Source of the DNA: Octopus vulgaris | Lineage: Eukaryota | Assembly (NCBI GenBank): GCA_951406725.2 | Contig: OX597827.1 | Span: 57,350,001 to 57,414,000 of the forward strand | Direction of reading: 5' to 3' | Length of the DNA: 64,000 nucleotides | Shown here: piece by piece, positions 15,823-29,309 of the stretch | Layout of the letters: each line of letters opens with the position of its first letter | Position numbering within the stretch: position 1 is the stretch's first letter | Position numbers and translations under genes: made by a program | Notes under the pieces: model-generated | What the model was told of the DNA's origin: nothing | Database searches by the model: none | What the model saw: only the letters and a program-made list of their open reading frames with translations

Positions 15823-15944
15823 CGATTTTGCTTTGTTGTTTTGTTTTGTGTTCTTTGTATTGTTTTCTTTTATATGGAAATATTAATTCTTATCAAAAAC
15901 TTGTGGTGGGTTTTCTCCCCCCATCATACCTCTTTTTCTATCAG

Positions 15945-16061
15945 ATAAACTGCTTTTGTCAAATGGATACGCAGCTGATTCAGACGATTTATCACCGAAC
16001 ACACTGCTGGCAAAGGCATTATGCACCAAAGACGGTGAAACCGATGACAAATGTTTTAGAG
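15945..16061 (+). CDS. Coding exon B (117 nt, phase 1-1); paralog of exon A
   Basis: tctttttctatcAG|...AGAG|gtaaga. Reads (D)KLLLSNGYAADSDDLSPNTLLAKALCTKDGETDDKCFR; same splice phases as exon A, one codon shorter. Confidence 0.85.
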
Positions 16062-16189
16062 GTAAGACATTTCTACCTGCTCATTTATCAGAAGGTCATA
16101 AAACTGTAGACCTACTTAATTTGCTTTTCGCATCGACTTATCATCAGTCATACGAACCTATCAGGCTTAAATGCCATTCATATACGTAC

Positions 16190-16710
16190 ATACGTACATA
16201 AATAAATATACACTTACATACATATATACATGCATACATACATACATACATACATACATACATACATACATACATACATACATACATACATACATACATA
16301 CATGCATGCATACATACATACATACATACATACATACATACATACATACATACATACATACATACATACATACATACATACATACATACATAGATTCATA
16401 CATACATACATACATAGATTCATACATACATATATACATACATACATTCATACATAAATGCATACATTCATACATACATACATACATACATACATACATA
16501 CATACATACATTCATTTATACATACATACATACATACATACATACATACATAGATTCATACATACATACATACATAGATTCATACATACATATATACATA
16601 CATTCATACATAAATGCATACATTCATACATACATACATGCATGCATACATACATACATACATACATACATACATACATACATACATTCATTTATACATA
16701 CATACACATT
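16190..16710. repeat. (TACA)n microsatellite with higher-order internal duplication
   Basis: Variant units tagattca...taaatgca recur at ~16390-16450 and ~16550-16620. Confidence 0.9.
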
Positions 16711-17081
16711 TATACTTTCTCTCTTTCTTCTCCATATATATATATATATGTATAGTGTGTGTGTGTATGTGTGTGTCTTTATAGATTGGCTGACAGATGC
16801 ATACACACACAAATGTGTCTATGTATGTATATCTGTGTATGCATGTTTTTGTGTTTGTTCATCCACTGTTTGATAATTGGTGTCGATTTGTTTACGTCCT
16901 ACGTCCCCGTAACGTAGCGGTTCGGCATAAATGGAACCGATAAAATGAGTACCAGACTTTAAAAAATGTAAATACTGGCGTCTCTATGTTCGCCTAAACC
17001 CCTGAATCTGGTATTCCATCATGGCCACAGTCCAATGATTGATACAAGTAAATATTGTGTGCGTGCGTGTGTGTGTGTATG

Positions 17082-17142
<61 letters not shown>

Positions 17143-19693
17143 TTGTGTCTGTGTGCTAAGAAGTTTGCTTTCCAGCCACATGGTTCTGGGTTCAGACCCA
17201 TTACATGGCACCTTGGACAAGTATCTTCTACTATAGCCTTTGGCCGACCAAAGCCTTGTGAGTGAATTTGGTAGACAGAAACTGTAAGAAGTCTGTCGTG
17301 TGAAAAGATTCATACAGGTACGAAATAAAAATAATTATCATTTTCTACTATAGGCACAAGGCCTAAAATTTGGAGTAGCTGAACAGTCGGTGAAATCGAC
17401 CCCAGGACTTCACCTTTCATTCTTCTGGGGTCAACAAAAAATACCAGTCAATTTTCTGAATCCAGTTAATCGACTAACCCCTCCCCTAAAAATTACTGGC
17501 TTTGTATCTAAACTAGGAAAAGTTTTTTTAGGGCAGTGGCTTCAGAGAATCATAAGAGAATCGGCCAAAATGCCTTGTGGCATTTGTTCTGATTCTATAT
17601 GTTCTGAGTTCAAATCTTCCAGAACGATAAAATGAAGCTCCAGTCAAATGTTTGAGTCGATTTGTTCCTCTCCCAATATTTCAGGCTTTTTGCCAATATT
17701 GGCTTATCAAGGCGGCGAGTTGGAAGAATCCTTTGCATGCCGGACAAAAATTCTTAGCAGCATCTCGTCCGTCTTAATGTTCTGTGTTCAAATTCTGCTG
17801 AGGGCGACGTTACATTTTATCCTTTCGGAGTCGATAAAATAAGTACCAGCTGGCGTTGATGTAATCGATTTACCCCCTCTCCTGAAGTTTCTGGCCTCGT
17901 GCTAAAATTTGAAACTAATAGTATTATTTTAATTTCTGGCAAGTATGGGTCACATCTCTGGACATGTTTGCACTTGGTGTTTTATTGGTTTTTAACGTAT
18001 TTTATTCTTGAAGCCGTTGTGTTGTAATACACACATACATAATACATACGTACATTCATACACACATACGTAGTTTAATTTCACGAGCAAGCCTTTCCGT
18101 TGGTCGAATCAACTGCAACCCTCGTCGTCGAAACCGACACGTCATGATTTCTTCAGTACGAGTCAAATATTCAATCTCTCCACTGAAAAATACCAGGCTT
18201 TCCCAGCAAGTGTATAATACATCGTAGCACAATTGTTAAGATACCACGTTAATTCACAGGATTATATCACCCCCCCCCCCCACTTTCCTCTATAATAGTT
18301 ATATTTACTGTACACGAACATGCTTATTATCCATCTCTTGATATCTCTTTTTACACGTCTTCATTAGGTTCTCTTAATTACACATGTACGACATAATAAT
18401 ATTTAGCTAATTACATGTCAATGATGAAGTGGAACTGATAGTTAAAACATATTTTTTAATTGTACATGTATGTCCCTTGTGTAAATGTATCTATATTTAA
18501 ATGTGCGTAATTTCTGAGTGTGTGTGTTCTGTTTTGTTCACTTTGGGAGTTATGCTTTTATGAGTTTATATAATGCATTAATGTGGGCGATGACAGTCAC
18601 TCCGGTTTACTTTTTGCATCAAATGAGACGTAAGATCGCTTCCACAGCTCCTAATACGAATCGATTCTCATGATACGAATCAATTCTCCACATTTTTGAT
18701 ATCTTCATTTCGAATGTTCGTAAAAACTTCATTCAGTTTCTATAGGTAAAGGTCGAAGCTAGACTTGTTGCAGATGATAGTAAAATATTTCTCAAATCAC
18801 GCCCTGTTGTAATTTTAATAAAGAACATATTGAATAAATTCTTTCTACTATAGCCACAAGGCCTGAAATTTGGGGGAAGGGGATAGTTGATTACATCGAC
18901 CCCAGTACTAAACTGGTACTTATTTCATCGAACCCGAAAGAATGAAACCAAAATCGATCTTGGTGGAATTTGAACTCAGAACTAAAGACAGGCGAAATAT
19001 TCCTGAGCATTTTGTCCGATGTGCTAACGATTCTGCCACCTCGCCGCCTGTTTTATCCAATATTATCCATATTGGATAATACAGTCCTAGATGCAGCGCG
19101 TCAATAAAGTAGATGGATGGTCATGATCATAAGTCCTTTTGGCAAGTAGGTAAGCAACTTTTACCTCCGAGATATCATCAGCATCATCATCATTAATGTT
19201 GTGAAGGCGGCGAGCTGGCAGAGTCGTTAGCACGCCGGGCGAAATGCTTAGCGGTATTTCGTCTGTCGCTACGTTCTGAGTTCAAATTCCGCCGTGGTCA
19301 ACTTTGCCTTTCATCCTTTCGGGGTCGATTAAATAAGTACCAGTTACGCACTGGGGTTGATGTAATCGACTTAATCTGTGTGTCTGTCCTTGTTTGTCCC
19401 CTCTATGTTTAGCCCCTTGTGGGCAGTAAAGAAATAGATACTTATTGTCAGATTGATAAAGAAAGTAGAGATTATATATTTTTTAATCTTCTATGACAAT
19501 ACCAGTGGATATCTTTACTCTGTTACGGTATATCTGTATTCTGAAGAAGAGGAACATTATTATTCTCCGATGATTTACAACAACAACGATAGTGGAGGCA
19601 CAATGGCTCAGTGGTTATGGCAACGGACTCGCGGTCGTAAGAACGCGGTTTCGATTCCCAGACCGGGCATTGTGAGTGTTGATTGAGCAAAAT

Positions 19694-19979
19694 CAGAGGT
19701 ATTGCTCCTCTGGAGGCGGTGCAAAGTTCTAAGGAGGTGTTGAAAAAAAGTGGGGCGATAAAGGGGGTAGCAGTTAATGTAAAAAGTAGGGCGATAATGG
19801 GGGTAGCGATTAATGCAAAAACAACAAAATAATAGTTTAAGTTTTATTTGTGAAATACAGTTGCTTTGAGTTTGCTTCAGAAAGAGGTTTATGTTTGTGG
19901 TGGTAAGTGGGGGTGGGACGCTAGGAATGTAGCCTATGTGTCAAGGAGGCGGCAGCCCCTAAAAGTTTAGGGACCACTG
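19694..19979. mobile_element. Possible hAT-type non-autonomous element fragment
   Basis: Right end aaaagtttagggaccactg reads CAGTGGTCCCTAAACTTTT on the minus strand, a hAT/Charlie-like terminus; left end only loosely matches. Confidence 0.4.
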
Positions 19980-22900
19980 TTTAGTCGAACAAATCGGTCC
20001 CAGTACTCATTTTCTATTAAAGTTTGATTCTTATTGTATTGGTCTCTTTTGCTGAACTGCTAAGTTACGTAATCAAACCAACATCGGTTGTCAAGCGGTG
20101 GTGAAAGAGAAACACAAAGACAGCCACACATAGATACATGCATGTGTGTGTGTGTGTTGTGATGGGCTTCTTTCAGTTACCACCAACCAAATCCACTCAC
20201 AAGGCTTTGATCAGTCCAGGGCTATAGCAGAAAAACACAAGCCCCTAGGTGCCACACAGCTTGACTGAACCCATGTAGCTGGGAAGCGAGCTTTTTAACC
20301 GCAGAGCCACACTTTCAGAAACGCATTACACAGATGTAAATGTTTTCCTTCATCGAGTTCTATTTAATTTATCCACTGAGGCTATGTCTCAACACAGAGC
20401 TGTTTTAGATTCGATTAGGTGTTAATTTGTTAAACGATTCATCTGTGTGTTTATTTATTTTCTTAACTCATTGATTTTCGTCCGTTGTTATTATTGAATT
20501 TAGGTTTCCTACTGTGTGCAACACACGATTTACGTTGTTTTGCACTTTTGATTGTTTTTGTTTGTTTTTTTTTTCTTAAAGCCATGATTTTTCGTCTTAA
20601 CATCTGATGTGTAGATTTTTCTTTTTTCATTTTTTTTCGTTTTGCTTCTTTTATTTTTCATTCGTAATAACTTTTTCTAAGAGGTATATTGTCTTTTTTT
20701 TTTTATTGTTGTTGCCGTTGTTGTTACTGTTAAACATTAGCTTGCCTACCAACCACATGGTTCCGGGTTCAGTCCCACTGCGTGGCACCTTGGGTGAGTG
20801 TCTTCTGCTATAGCCTCGGGCCGACCAGAGCCTTGTGAGTGGATTTGGTAGACGGAAACTGAAAGAAGCCTGTCGGATATATGTATATATATATATGTAT
20901 GTGTGTGTATGTTTGTGTGTCTGTGTTTGTCCCCCTAGCATTGCTCGACAACCGATGCTGGTGTGTTTATGTCCCCGTCACTTAGAATAAGTATTGGGCT
21001 TACAAGGAATAAGTCCCGGGGTCGAGTTGCTCGACTAAAGGCGGTGCTCCAGCATGGCCGCAGTCAAATGACTGAAACAAGTAAAAGAGTAATTTATCCT
21101 TGTGCTTTGTTTTTTAAGACAGTAGTGTGTAATCTGAGGGTAATAATTTGGCAGCTATTTCTAACAAGATACGTGACCATATACAGACTTTAATACTGAT
21201 TGGATGTCAGGCGGCGAGATAGCCGAATCGTTAGCACGCCGGGCAAAATGCTTAGCGGCATTTCGTCCGTCTTTACGTTCTGAGTTCAAATTCCGCCGAG
21301 GTTAACTTTGTCTTTTATCCTTTCGGGATCGATAAAATAAGTATCAGTTGAGTACTGGTGTCCAATGGAATCAACTTATCCCCTCCCCGAAACTACTGGC
21401 TTTGTGTGTGTGTGTGCGCGGTGTGTCTGTGTGAGTGTGTTTGTAATATATATATATATATATATTTGTGTGTGTGTACAGCAACCCCTGCATTATGAAA
21501 ATGCTGCGTTTCTAAAAGTTTTGCCATAATGTAGAATTTCGTAAAGCAAAACTGAATTTCCTCTTGATTTGCATGCTTTCCATTTACATGCTTTCAATTT
21601 TTCCGGAAAACAAAGCAAGTAAGAGAACCAGCTTTATGCATAAACTGAGCTATTTTAAACATTTACCTTACAATATATCTAAAAATACTTGGAAAGTAAT
21701 GTATCAGAGAATAAATAGGAACTACCTTTTAGTTTTAGTTTCAGTGATTGTCGTGTTATGTTCACATACTCAGGAGCCATTCCATTTTATCATTACATCA
21801 GATCTATGAAAAAGCTGTGACCCCCTTCGGTCATGAATGACCGTGGGATTACACCTAGAAAGTTACCCTCCCAGGCACAAGTCTGGGCAAGGTTGTTTAT
21901 GCAAGACCAGCAGTGGCCCACGCATACCAGCCTCCCCTCTCCACGCCACCGATGTTACCCAAGGGAAAGGCAAAGGCCGATACAGCGTGGCTCATTTATT
22001 AACGTGCAAGTGGCTGAGCACTCCACAGACACGTGTACCCATAACGTAGGTCTCGGGGGAATTCACCGTGACACAGAGTGTGACAAGGCTGGCCTTTGAA
22101 ATAAAAATACAACAGAAACAGGAAGAAAGAGTGAGAGAAAGTTGAGGTGAAAGAGTACAGCAGGGTTCACCACCCACCCCCTGCCGGAGCCTCGTGGAGC
22201 TTTAGGTGTTTTTGCTCAATAAACACTCACAAAACCCGGTCTGGGAATCGAAACCGCGATCCTATGACCTATGAAAAAGTAATTATCTGAATTTTAAATG
22301 GGTACCTATTTAAGAATGACCTTCTTTTTTCTGTATTGTCATTGTAGACGTTGCAAAGTTCAATGCTTTTGCAGTATGGCTGTTTTTCTTCTGTATCAAA
22401 CCTTTCTGAAACATTAAATCTATGTTTTAAAATAATCCCTATAAAATTCATTTTTGCACTACGGCTTTGGGCTCCAAGCAATGACTTCTTTCCAGCCATA
22501 TGGACTAAAGGTAATGAACTGTAGTTAAATCGTACAACAGCAGTGACAGACAAGGAATTCACAATCGAATGTATTGCTAAAAAAAATTGTTAAGTGTGTG
22601 TATGTCTCTGTATTTGTGTACGTATCGGAGTTATTGTTTGTGGAGTGATCTGTAGCTTTAACATTAGTTAAAAATTAACATAGCTCCAGTAAGAACGTGC
22701 TTACGAGCTGTATCGGGCAGAAAGACAAATATATATATATATATATATATATCGGAGAGTTGGTTTTCGGCAGTTGAAAATGTATCTGGGTCTTAAAACG
22801 AACTGTAGTTTTAATTTTTTAACGAATTTATTAAAATACCATACCGGTTTCAATATTCTTTGCTTTTCGTGGGCTTAGGAGATACTGAAGGTACAAGAGA

Positions 22901-23471
22901 AAACTGTTGAAAAAATTTTAAAACTATAATTCGCTTTAAGACTCAGGTGCATTTTCAATCCTCGAAACGAACTCTCCTGAGAATGAATACACTTCTTTTC
23001 TACACACACGCACACAGACACACACACACAGGCATACACACACATACACACACAAGAGAGAGAGATAGAGAGAGAGAGAAATACATATATATGAATACCT
23101 TTACACACACACACATGCATACATGTATATATTTCCTTACTCGGACACGCTCATACTCTACATGTAGAACGGCGCATGTTCAATATGAACGTATATAAAA
23201 TTTTAAAAAAAAACATTTGCATGTGCCGATTTATATACATAAAAATAAAGTATGTGCTCATTTGAACCTATTCATCACCGTTGATATGTTATATAATGAA
23301 ACTAAATAAATTAAGGAAATTTAAAACAATAAAATCTATGAAAATAAAATACGATATTAATAAATGGCTAAACTTCAAGAAGAGTTCATTATACACTTGG
23401 GTGTATAAAAAGGGAAAACTTTGAGCAAATTGATGCTTTTATAAGCCTGAATACCACTTGTTTGTATGTGC

Positions 23472-23520
<49 letters not shown>

Positions 23521-24113
23521 CACTAAGACGAAAGAATCTAAAAAGCCTCCTGAGAGAAAACATTGTGAATTCACTTCACGCAAACATGCGACGATTAGAA
23601 ACTCCAAACGTACATAAACTAATAAAGGAAATTTATATTAACACAAAGGTAATCAGAAGAACTATATCTCTGGATCTGCATGTATGTCTGGACGGATGGA
23701 TGGATGCATAGTTATTTATGCATAGTTGAATATATATGTATGTACAAACATATATATAGTGTATGTATTTATATGCATATATGTGTATCGTATATATATA
23801 TATATATATATCCTTAAACACATGTGTATATATGTGTGTTAATCCATGCATATATACACATAATTGTGCGTACGTATATGTATGAGCATATGTGAGCAAG
23901 TACATGAAATATATAAATAAACACACACACACTTATGCACATACAATGCATACACATACATACTTGTGTGTGATTGTTAAACATATATATATATATACAC
24001 GCGCGCGCGCACGCAGAAACATACACAGATCAATATATATACATGAATGTATGTAAGTATGTTTGCATGTAGATTTATGTACTTCTACATATATAGATGT
24101 TATACGTACATAC

Positions 24114-24169
<56 letters not shown>

Positions 24170-24615
24170 GCATGTATGTATGTATATATATATGTATATG
24201 AGCACACTGTGTATAACCGAATAAAGAAATATTTTAAAGAAACAAACAAACGAAGAAAGACCTAGAATTTTCAAAAGTTTCCGCGTCTCTCGAAATGAAC
24301 TCTTTATATATATTCTTCTCCAGTCGTCTAGTCAAATAATCGATCTCTTAGCTGGGTGGGGGGACCAGCAATCAATTAGTTTAACAAGTCGCGCGGGCAC
24401 ACAAACATTTGTGTGCGTATATATACTACGATGATCCGGTTCTTGACTGAAGACTGAGGGTTTCGAATGTCCTGTCCGTGTTTATTGTGTCGTCTTCTAA
24501 GAGTTATACGTTCTTGTCCATGTTGTATTTTTCTACATACCTTAATATATATATATATATATGGATATGTACATACATACAGATGCATATATATGTATGA
24601 ATATATATATACGTA

Positions 24616-24668
<53 letters not shown>

Positions 24669-24685
24669 TTGATATATATATATAT

Positions 24686-24760
<75 letters not shown>

Positions 24761-26165
24761 TTGATATATATATATATGTACTTGATATATATATATATAT
24801 ATACTTGATATATATATATATACTTTTGATATATATATATATATATACTTGATATATATATATATATATATATACCTTATATATATATATATATATGAAT
24901 GTATACATATATATATGTGCCTCTGTGTGTGTGTGTGAGTGTGTGTGTGTGTGCGCGTGTGTTTCTGTGCAAATTTGGAAAATAACGCACACAACCGAAG
25001 TGAAAGAGAAGGGAATGAGTATTAGGTGTGTATGTGGTGGTGGGGGTGTTATCGGAAATGTTTTGGTAAGAAATGTCTCCGTTGTTATTGTTTAGTTTTG
25101 TCAGCTAAAGCAGCGGAGAATAAGATGCGGAGTAGGTGTTTGTGGTAGCGGTAGTGGTGATGCTGTTGATGATGGTGACGGTGCTGGTGGTGATGGGGGA
25201 TGGGTTTGGTGATTTAGGTTGTGGTGTTGATTGTGTTGGTTAATGAGAGGAATGATGACGATCTAAGGACGAGGAACGAAAAATGTCTGCGCTATTGACT
25301 AACTCAGACACGATGTTTATACAGACATAAATACTAGTTCCAAAGTTTGGCTCAAGGCCAAAAATTTGAGGGGAAGGGTAAGTCGATTACATCGACCTCA
25401 GTGTTCAACTGGTACTTGTTTTACCATTTAAGATGAAAGGCAAAGGGGACCTTGACGGAATTGGAGCTCAAAACTTAAAGTTGGACGAAATGCCACGAAC
25501 CATTTTGTACGACGTGCTAACGATTCTTTTCTTCTCTAGGCACAAGGACCGAAATTTTGGGGGAGGAAGCCAGTCGATTAGATCGACCCCAGTACGCAGC
25601 TGGTACTGAATTTATCGACTCTGAAAGGATGTAAGGCATGCTCAACTGGTTAAGGGACATGCTCAACTGGTTAAGGTCATATTATTATTAAGGCTGCGAG
25701 CTGGCAGAATCGTTAACACGCCGGGTGAAATGCTTAGCGACACTTCATCTGTCTGCACGTTCTGAGTTCAAATTCCAAGTTCAAATTCCACCGAGGTCGA
25801 CTTTGCCTTTCATGATAAAGTAAGCACCTATGAAACACTGAGGTCGATGTAATCGACTAGTCCCCTTCACGCAAATTTCAGGCCTTGTGCCTATAGTAGA
25901 AAGGATTATTATTTATTATCATCATTATTATGAGATGAAAAGTCACAGCTGGGTATGATGAAAAGTGTCAGCTGTCCACAGCCAGTAGACTAAGGTGATA
26001 CTTGTTTACCGGTCATGCTTTAAGAACCCTGCGAAGAATTTTTGCAGTTCCAAGAAATGCTGATTTTTGTAGGTGTTCTACCTTCACACTTGCCCCAATC
26101 TTTTTCGGTCATGCTGGTAGTTGAGGGCTGATACTTCCAAGTGCACTAATTACTATTGGTATCAT

Positions 26166-26295
26166 GTCTACTCTCTTCATTGACCACAACCTTCGTATTT
26201 CCTTAACACGTCTACTCTCTTCATTGGCCACAATCTTCGTATTTCGTTAACACGTATACTCTCTTCGTTGACCACAACCTTCGTATTTCCTTAAT
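26166..26295. repeat. 44-bp minisatellite, ~3 copies
   Basis: gtctactctcttcattgaccacaaccttcgtatttccttaacac repeated three times with few substitutions. Confidence 0.9.
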
Positions 26296-26992
26296 AAACA
26301 AAAAAAAAAGAAACGATATTACATTTCCCTTTAGGTTCTTTAATGGTCCTATAATATTTCGGGAAAGAGTCTCTTTTTCAAATAGAGGAAAGTAAATAAA
26401 CAGTTCGCAGTGATGGCTCGCTGTTTTAGTGTGTGAGTAGGAGCAATGAACTGATAAAATCGTCAGAGTGACGTGCAAAAATGTCTTACAGGATTCATTT
26501 ACGGTTCTTTGGGCTTTGAGCTCAAAATCCACAACTGAGGCAGTGTGAAAACACGTCGCACATATGTGTGTATGTTTCTGTGCGTGTGTGTACATGTGTG
26601 TAAGTGCATGTTTGTGCAGGTGTGTTTTTATGTTTGTCTTCCCACCAGTCGACAACCAGTGTTGGTTTCTTTACGTCCTCGTAACTTAACAGTTCAGCAA
26701 ATGATGCCAATAGAATAAGTACCAGACTTGAAAAAAAGCGAACAATTTGATCAACTAGACCCTTTAAGGCAGAACTTACCTTCGTCCAAATGAAAGAATA
26801 AGAAAAAAAAATCAAAGAATAAATTAGCGTCTGTCATTTAGCCCCATAAAAAAATTAGGTTGTGTGCTAGTATTAAAACTCAATATTTTAGATGTTGTAA
26901 ATTGCCCACCAAAAACAAAGAACCCCGAAATTGTAGTTGGTGTACAAAATAAACTACACACACTTTTGTTTCGCTCTTCATTTTCTGTCCAG

Positions 26993-27039
26993 TTCCCGCT
27001 GAAATCGAACGTTCATCATCTGGGGTGGATAAATTATAA
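26993..27039 (+). CDS. Candidate small (possibly alternative terminal) exon
   Basis: Strong acceptor cttttgtttcgctcttcattttctgtccAG; phase 1 reading (V)PAEIERSSSGVDKL* is compatible with the exon A/B donor phase. No homology support. Confidence 0.3.
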
Positions 27040-28170
27040 TCACTGTGATAAATTGAAGTTAAAGAAATGGAATATGCATACATTGTTATTTATGAATTAT
27101 ATTATAAACATCCTCCACAGAAATCAATATTCTAGGTGCCGTTAAAATATATACGGCATTACTACTCATCAAAATATATACAGCATTATTACTCATTACG
27201 ATAAACAATATACAATGCAAATTTAACCAACAAAAGCAATAAGATAAATACTAACAGCAAAGCATCAATTTATGGCCCTTGCACTATATGAATATTAAAG
27301 TAAACTTCAGAACGTAATTACATTAAATCACAATTAACTTGTATTAGATTACTATTACTTATACATATTAATGATTAAGAAGAGTGATAGATAACTGAAT
27401 TAGCGGATTAAATGGTTGCCAGTATCTTGTTGTGACCCTTTCACATTCTGAATTAATTAAAATGAAGTCGAAATCAGCATCGATTTTATGTTATTTTTAA
27501 CATTTTTACTCATTTCTAGGGGCAATATGATATGAATCTTTGTCAAATACATAGAGATCGATTACGTTTTTGACTGGGGTTCTTCTAAACTTTCTTTCTT
27601 TTACATCCCGGGTCGATTAATATACATCCTCTGTGATGTGTGACTGTGTACATGATGTAGAAAAAATTACTGCTTCTAACTACTTGGCCGAATTGCAACA
27701 GCGTCGGAAATATGCCTTGCAGTATTTCTTACCACGTTTTGCGTTCAGAGTTCAAATCCCGCTGAGATCAACCTTACTTTTTCATCCTTTCGGAGTCAAT
27801 GAAATAAAGTACAAAGCGAGTACTGGGATAGAAGATATCGGCTAATTTAATTTCCCCGAAATTGTAGGCTTTGTGCTACATACACACACACACACACACA
27901 CACAAAGGCGGTGTTCCTGCTGGGCCGGAGTCCTCGTACTGAAAGTTATAGAAAAATCGAAGAATATATATAAATGCTACATAGGTATGTGTGTGTGTGT
28001 GTGTGTGTACAATGTATGTTTATGTGTGTATAGAGAGAGAGATTACTGTTTGTAAAAACTTTATATACCTTATTTTTCATTCATTTCAGTCTACGCAATT
28101 AGAGGAATATTCAGTAACATACGCTCTAATTCGATAACTGAGTTATTCACTCACAATATCGAAATATTTC

Positions 28171-28616
28171 TCATGGCTCCAGCAGACAAAATGGAAAAGG
28201 TGTTGCCCCGGAACATAGTGAGGGAAATGCGTTCGCACTTGCGGATAGCAATCTCTGCCCCGATAGCTGTGAGCAGGGGACCAAGAATGCCATAAACCTG
28301 TCAGAGAGCGACCGATACCTTGATAGCTTGCTTTTCTCAGCCTGACGAGCTGCGGAGCCTGGGCTGATAATTGAGCAAGTTGCCGCTAGAGAAGGTGTCA
28401 CAGCATCTTATATCCCAGATGAGGAGCCTACCGCCACGGAACAGGAAAATTGTCATATCGTTCGGCCTTCTACCGTCCCCTCAGTCTAGCCTCACTGGTT
28501 CAAGCTGGGAAGGGAAACCTGCGGAGCCTAGGTCATGCTTTATGATCTTGTTTAGGGCGGCATGGCGTGGAAGGTGACCTATGCTGTGACGGCATGACAG
28601 TGGGTGGAGGCCGAAG
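28171..28616 (-). mobile_element. Degenerate CRE/R2-group non-LTR retrotransposon C-terminus (restriction-like endonuclease)
   Basis: Minus translation GLHPLSCRHSIGHLPRHAALNKIIK...LEPVRLD*GDGRRPND...LLIWDIRCCDT...ARQAEKSKLSRY...RISLTMFRGN matches the H-x3-C / RH..N / RPD..WD / AE..K..Y / RGN RLE pattern; has stops and frameshifts. Confidence 0.75.
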
Positions 28617-28922
28617 AAATCCACATTAGGTGGATTAGATGTACATTACGTTTTTCTTTTCACAAATCTGCATTCTTGAAGTGTGTTGAAAGGATTCAAG
28701 TTACTTTGGCTAAAAGTGTCCGTCTCCATGATTTTCACGTAATTTAGAACTAAGCATTTTAGAACTAAGTTGGTCCTTAATTGCTATTTTTGCTCGGCCA
28801 GAATACATATTTTGTCATTCAAGTACAGAGAGAGATAAGCAATGTTGATGTGAATCACAATAACTCTAATATGGTTTTAAACTCTTGTTCATATAGTCAA
28901 TAATGGTATTAGAAAATTTCGG

Positions 28923-29309
28923 GGAGGCGCAATGGCCCAGTGATTAGGGCAGCGGATTCGCGGTCGTAGGATCGCGGTTTCGATTCCCAGACCGGGCGTT
29001 GTGAGTGTTTATTGAGCGAAAACACCTAAAGCTCCACGAGGCTCCGGCAGGGATGGTGGTGATCCCTGATGTACTCTTTCACCACAACTTTCTCTCACTC
29101 TCACTCTTACTTCCTGTTTCTGTTGTACCTGTATTTCAAAGGGCCGGCCTTTGTCACTCTCTGTGTCACGCTGAATATCCCCGAGAACTACGTTAAGGGT
29201 ACACGTGTCTGTGGAGTGCTCAGCCACTTACACGTTAATTTCACGAGCAGGCTGTTCCGTTGATCGGATCAACCGGAACCCTCGTCGTCGTAACCGACGG
29301 AGTGCTTCC
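28923..29309 (+). mobile_element. SINE family D (tRNA-like head), full length with TSD attagaaaattt
   Basis: ggaggcgcaatggcccagtg.ttagggcagcgga.tcgcggtcg...ggtttcgattccc. Near-identical inverted copy at 53762-54144 (TSD cattatttacatta); partial copies 21990-22270(-), 43830-44107(-, TSD cgttagacacat), 60570-60823(-), 19594-19690(+), 62044-62335(+, TSD tacaggataa). Confidence 0.85.

Noticed and set aside
24440-24480. Hammerhead-like CTGAAGA...CGAAT
   Set aside because: GAAA is altered and stem I does not form; at best a decayed copy.
26166-26295. Regular 44-bp repeats (and 17-bp repeats at ~30795-30841) as a CRISPR array
   Set aside because: Head-to-tail copies without unique spacers, no cas genes, eukaryotic context.
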